DNA from: Candidatus Hydrogenedentota bacterium
GTDB taxonomy: Bacteria > Hydrogenedentota > Hydrogenedentia > Hydrogenedentales > SLHB01
Direction of reading: 5' to 3'
Length of the DNA stretch: 45,183 nt
NCBI GenBank assembly: GCA_020847495.1
Contig: JADLCA010000073.1
Coordinates: 1 to 45,183 of the forward strand
A program made the translations under genes and the position numbers. Below, one piece after another: positions 41,174 through 45,183 of this stretch (positions are counted from its first letter, which is position 1; each line of letters starts with the position of its first letter). Below the pieces are notes generated by a model. That model did no database searches. It worked only from the letters and a program-made list of their open reading frames with translations, and was not told where the DNA came from.

Positions 41174-41987
41174 GCGATAGATCGATTGCGGGAGCCGAGT
41201 GGGTCAACGCGCCGATCGATATCACGTGCACGCCGGTCTCGGCGATGGCACGCAACCGGTCCAGAGTGACATTACCACTGGCCTCAAGCACGACCTTCGA
41301 CCCCTTTGAGCGTTCCACGGCCTGCTGCATCTCTTCCACGCCCATATTGTCAAGCAAGACGGCGTCGGCCCCGCAGGCCAGCGCTTCGTCAAACTCATCA
41401 AGACTGGTCACCTCGACACCGATCTTCATCAAATGATGCGTGCCCTTCAGGGCGCGTTGCACCGCCTGCGTCACGCCGCCCGCCGCCGTGATGTGGTTTT
41501 CCTTGATCAACACCCCATCGAACAGGGCGAAGCGGTGGTTCGCGCCACCCCCATGGATGACGGCCTGCTTTTCGAGATTTCGCATGAGCGGGGTCGTCTT
41601 CCGCGTGTCGCAGATACGCACTCCCAAGTCGTCCACCTCTGCCACGAAAGCCGCCGTAAAGGTCGCCACTCCGGACAATCGCTGGACGAAGTTCAGCGCA
41701 ACACGTTCTCCCGCCAGGATGGCGCGCGTAATGCCCGAAAACAGTGCAATATCCTGCCCGGCAGTGAATTGCGTACCATCCTCCAGGGAATACCAGTCGC
41801 TGATGTCCGCGTCCAAATCTTCAAAAACGGCACGAAAGACGGTGATGCCGCTGAGCACGCCCGCCTGCTTTGCGTACAGCCGCGCCTTACACCGCACATT
41901 TGGAGGGACCGTTGCATTGGTCGTGATGTCGCCTTGGCCAATATCCTCAACCAAGGCTTCACGCACCAGCGACCTGAATCCGAGCAT
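41154..41987 (-). CDS. nadC: Nicotinate-nucleotide pyrophosphorylase (carboxylating)
   Basis: 277 aa. EDIGQGDITT, RICDTRKTTPLMR, HGGGANHR and VLLDNM are present. Confidence 0.92.
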   Translation of the reverse strand: MLGFRSLVREALVEDIGQGDITTNATVPPNVRCKARLYAKQAGVLSGITVFRAVFEDLDADISDWYSLEDGTQFTAGQDIALFSGITRAILAGERVALNFVQRLSGVATFTAAFVAEVDDLGVRICDTRKTTPLMRNLEKQAVIHGGGANHRFALFDGVLIKENHITAAGGVTQAVQRALKGTHHLMKIGVEVTSLDEFDEALACGADAVLLDNMGVEEMQQAVERSKGSKVVLEASGNVTLDRLRAIAETGVHVISIGALTHSAPAIDLSLEITNA

Positions 41988-42153
41988 GTGGAAAACTCCG
42001 TAAATCTAAACGCATGAGTCTAACATGCGACCGCGGGCAATTGCGAGAATTCAGGTAACGGGTCGGGCAACGGGATGCTTCCAGACATGAGACTGGACTG
42101 ATTTGCGAAGATTTCGCGCTATTCGGACCCGACAATGGTCCCCCAAGTCAGCC

Positions 42154-43593
42154 CTACCCCTGCAAAAGCCCCTTCACGGTCTCTACCATTTCGGCACGCG
42201 GCACGGTGACCTGGCCTGCTTTGCCGGCCTGACGGTAAGCCTCTCGATCCCCGATGTCGGCACGTTCCCGCTTTCCGGCAAGCAAATCTTTGACGGACAC
42301 AACACCTGCCGCCAGTTCGTCGCCTCCAACGATAATCGCGACGGGAATTTCATAGTGGTCGGCGTGGGAAAGCTGAACTTTCATGCTGCGCTTCGCGCCG
42401 AAGTACGCCTCGGCGCGAATGCCCGCGGCACGCAGTTCGGACGCAATGCGCAACGACTCCGCATCGGGCACGCCGCCCAGGCTCACAACCAGCGCCTGAA
42501 CGGAAGTCTTTGCGGTCGACACCGCACCGAGGTGGGCCAGCGCGGCCAGGAGCCGGTCCAATCCCACAGACATGCCCGTGCTGGGAATCGCGCGATCCAT
42601 GAAGCGCGAGACGAGGCCGTCGTAGCGGCCTCCGCCCATGACGGAGCCGAACTCCGGGGCGCTGCGGATCACGGTTTCAAACACGGGCCCCGTGTAGTAG
42701 TCGAGCCCGCGCGCGAGACTGGGATCGAAAACCGCGTGCGCTTCGCTCACGCCAAGCGCCGCGAGCGCGTCCGCGAGCGTCTGCATCTCGGCCACTGCGG
42801 CGATGGTCTCCTCGGTGCTGGGCAAGGCCTCGGTCAAGCGCGCGACGACCTCGGCACGCGTGCCACCCTTCAGGCCAACGAAGGTGACGACCTTGTCGAT
42901 GGTCGCGTCGTCCAGCCCCATGCCTGGGATCGGGTCGCCGCTGTCGTCGATGCGGCCCAGACCCAGTTCGAGCCGCACATTGGCCATGCCAACTTTGTTG
43001 AGCTTGTCGATGACACGCAGCACGTGTTTCTGGCGCGGCAGTTCGCCGATCCCACAACTGAGCAGGAGGGCATCGATGACCTTCCGGTTGTTGATCACGA
43101 CCGCATAATCTGAAACACCGAGCGCGTCCATCACCTCGCACATGACCGCGATGATCTCGGCGTCCACCGCCACGGACTCGGAGCCCGCCGCGTCCACATC
43201 GAATTGAGTGAACTGGCGGAAGCGCCCGGGACCGGGCTTGTCGGCGCGCCACACGGACCCCATGGCGTAGCGGCGGAACGGGGCCTTGAGCTTGTCGGGG
43301 TACTGTGCGAGCAGCCGCGCGAAGGGCACGGTCAAATCGAAACGCAGCGCGATAGGTTCGCCTTCCGGGCTTTCAAGGCGGAATAGCTCCTTGTTCGTCT
43401 CTTCGCCGCCCGCACCCAGGAGCACGTCCAAGTGCTCGAGAGCCGGCGTCTCCAGCGGCGAGAAACCGTACTTCTGGAAGATCGACTCGATTACGGCGAC
43501 CACCGCCTTGCGCGGAATCAGATCTTCGGGAAGAAGATCCTGGAATCCCTTGAGCGTCCTCGGTTCAACGAATAGCTTCAATTCTGACATCAT
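42154..43593 (-). CDS. hisS: Histidine--tRNA ligase
   Basis: 479 aa. PRTLKGFQDLLPED, RFDLTVPFAR, motif 2 GPGRFRQFTQFDVD and motif 3 GGGRYDGL are present, with a C-terminal anticodon-binding domain. Confidence 0.92.
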   Translation of the reverse strand: MMSELKLFVEPRTLKGFQDLLPEDLIPRKAVVAVIESIFQKYGFSPLETPALEHLDVLLGAGGEETNKELFRLESPEGEPIALRFDLTVPFARLLAQYPDKLKAPFRRYAMGSVWRADKPGPGRFRQFTQFDVDAAGSESVAVDAEIIAVMCEVMDALGVSDYAVVINNRKVIDALLLSCGIGELPRQKHVLRVIDKLNKVGMANVRLELGLGRIDDSGDPIPGMGLDDATIDKVVTFVGLKGGTRAEVVARLTEALPSTEETIAAVAEMQTLADALAALGVSEAHAVFDPSLARGLDYYTGPVFETVIRSAPEFGSVMGGGRYDGLVSRFMDRAIPSTGMSVGLDRLLAALAHLGAVSTAKTSVQALVVSLGGVPDAESLRIASELRAAGIRAEAYFGAKRSMKVQLSHADHYEIPVAIIVGGDELAAGVVSVKDLLAGKRERADIGDREAYRQAGKAGQVTVPRAEMVETVKGLLQG

Positions 43594-43601
43594 ATTCTCT
43601 C

Positions 43602-44438
43602 TTACACGTATCCTTGCATGACCCGCTTCATGGACTCGCCCGCACGGCGGGCGGCCTCTTCGGGCGCGAGCGCTCTCAGTGCATCATCAAAAGTCTCCAC
43701 CGCCACCGGACCGTCGTAGCCGATGTGTTGCAGAGCGCCCAGGAATCCTTTCAAGTCGATAACGCCTTCGCCGGGCAACATGCGTTTCATATCCTGCAGT
43801 TCGTCAACGGGTCCCGGATAAGCGTCGTTAATGTGGACATGCACGATCTGCCCGGCGGACAAATGGTGTATGTCGTCGACGGTCGCGTGAGAGGTGTACC
43901 AGTGATAGCTGTCCAGCAGCAGGCCGCAGGTCTTCCCGTCGATTTCGGCGCACAGATCCAGCATGCCCGGCATGTCGTGGACAAACGGAACACCCGTGGC
44001 ACGCGATGTCTTCGGCCCCACAAACTCCAGACCCAGTTTCAGTCCATGCTCCGCCAGAATCGCCGCCACCCTCTTCAGGCGCGTAACGTGCATCCGGCGA
44101 AACGCGCCCGCGTCCGCCGGCGCCACCGGCATGATCCAGGTCGCCATACCACGCGTACCCAAGGACTTCATGACCGAGCAAATCGAGGGAAGGGCCATCA
44201 TGTCATTCTCAAACGCGTCGTCCCCCTCGCGGAAGTTCACCGGAAGGCCGCCGTGGGCAATAACACACCCTTCGGTCCTGCAGAAGCTCTGCACATGGTC
44301 CAGCGACGTGGCACGTACCCAGGCCGCCCAGAAGTCCGCGCCGTGATCGGCCCCAGCAAACCCAGCCTTGGCCGCCAAACGGATATACGCCTCCGGCTCT
44401 GGAACGTTAGCCGTAGCGGGATTCAGACAGGAAATCAT
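43602..44438 (-). CDS. Sugar phosphate isomerase/epimerase (xylose-isomerase-like TIM barrel)
   Basis: The ATG at 44438 (MISCLNPATA...) follows AAGGAG by 8 nt. The track start at 44483 is rejected. LGLEFVGP, LLLDSYHW and HVHINDA are typical of the family. Confidence 0.85.
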   Translation of the reverse strand: MISCLNPATANVPEPEAYIRLAAKAGFAGADHGADFWAAWVRATSLDHVQSFCRTEGCVIAHGGLPVNFREGDDAFENDMMALPSICSVMKSLGTRGMATWIMPVAPADAGAFRRMHVTRLKRVAAILAEHGLKLGLEFVGPKTSRATGVPFVHDMPGMLDLCAEIDGKTCGLLLDSYHWYTSHATVDDIHHLSAGQIVHVHINDAYPGPVDELQDMKRMLPGEGVIDLKGFLGALQHIGYDGPVAVETFDDALRALAPEEAARRAGESMKRVMQGYV

Positions 44439-44584
44439 GGCCAGACTCCTTCTCACAGAAAGGGTGTAACTCGTGGAAAGCACCTAGTATACCGCGCCTT
44501 ATGCACAGAGGCCAATTCGCGTCGTGGGGGGAATGTCGTGGGGGGAGTGATTGGGGCGCCACACCCGGAGCGGCCGCTTTGAGA

Positions 44585-45183
44585 TCAATACTCTCCGGCT
44601 AAACCAAACGTTCCGATACCCGGATCCGTGTCAACCGGAATCGGATCGATGGGCGTATATGGCATCGGCGGGGGTGGACCCACAAGTGCGACAGCCTCCG
44701 CGCGCGCGGCGTCGAGGTCCTGCGTGCGATGGTAAGTATTGGAAAAATCCGAGCCAACGGCTTTCAGAGTGAGTGCATCCCCATCCGCCGACAGGACGCA
44801 CTCAGAGTAGATCAGTCCGGCCGCATCGGAGAGTTGCCAGAGGATCCCGCCGGAGACCTTGAAATGGCCTGATTCCTCAAAAGGTATCGAATTGACGGTG
44901 TACGAGTAGCGTTCGTAGCTGCCGTCACGTCCAAAATGCTCAATGCCGTAAATGGCATTCCCGTTAGGCAGTCTGTTTGCGCTCACCCACGTGCCGGTTA
45001 TGAAGCACCGGACTTCGAGGTCTTCTGGAGTGACCCCCACCGTCTGCCAAGGCACTGGGTTGAGGTGGGCCGAGTCGTCAGGACAGGTGAATCGGTAGGC
45101 GTCTCCCTCTTCCAGCGTGATTTCCTGATAGAAGAGGTGAGAGTCCGCGGGAACCACGGTCACCGGCTCGCCATTCGGGTCGA
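44585..45183 (-). CDS. Hypothetical protein (possibly 5'-truncated by window end)
   Basis: The reading frame stays open to the window edge. The track picks an internal GTG at 45163. No recognisable motif was found. Confidence 0.55.
   Translation of the reverse strand, partial: DPNGEPVTVVPADSHLFYQEITLEEGDAYRFTCPDDSAHLNPVPWQTVGVTPEDLEVRCFITGTWVSANRLPNGNAIYGIEHFGRDGSYERYSYTVNSIPFEESGHFKVSGGILWQLSDAAGLIYSECVLSADGDALTLKAVGSDFSNTYHRTQDLDAARAEAVALVGPPPPMPYTPIDPIPVDTDPGIGTFGLAGEY

Overview
High-GC, gene-dense bacterial chromosomal window from a flagellated diderm, since both Lpt and flagellar export genes are present. The gene style (Tat-signal enzymes, a PmoA-like/DUF6807 protein, a cohesin-type secreted protein, a GspG-like tail, intergenic 9-10-bp microsatellites) suggests a Planctomycetota- or Hydrogenedentota-like environmental lineage, but this is inference only. 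Layout: (1) 1-1344: the C-terminal end of an IS30-type transposase, then about 1.2 kb of ORF-free, hairpin-dense DNA. (2) 1345-6065: a secreted glycosidase-like protein, an alpha/beta hydrolase and an AGE-family epimerase. (3) 6150-13126: a 6.9-kb integrative element in the 3' half of tRNA-Ala(GGC). It is bounded by a 47-bp direct repeat. It carries a Sel1-repeat lipoprotein, an orphan protein, an AlpA-type excisionase, a putative initiator with four iterons inside its own ORF, an XRE regulator and a tyrosine integrase. This is the main accessory region and the best candidate for something new. (4) 13331-15175: a secreted metallophosphoesterase. (5) 15391-22149 (minus strand): an ECF sigma/anti-sigma/membrane-protein trio, then a YtrA-type GntR regulator, an ABC ATPase and a 1078-aa permease fused to a large extracytoplasmic domain. 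(6) 22307-27517 (minus strand): a ClC channel, an MBL hydrolase, a PmoA-like protein and a Tat-signal enolase-superfamily enzyme. (7) 27780-29576: a cohesin/FN3 surface protein. (8) 29794-36352: the flagellar export operon fliQ-fliR-flhB-flhA-flhF-flhG, with its own sigma70-like promoter and no fliP. (9) 36910-44438 (minus strand): a sugar-phosphate isomerase and hisS, then tightly coupled nadC-birA-coaX-lptC-like-lptA(x3 modules)-lptB. (10) 44585-45183: a partial hypothetical gene. Short 9-10-bp-period tandem arrays recur in several intergenic regions. No rRNA, CRISPR array or recognisable defence genes were seen. Many long antisense 'shadow' ORFs in the track are rejected.
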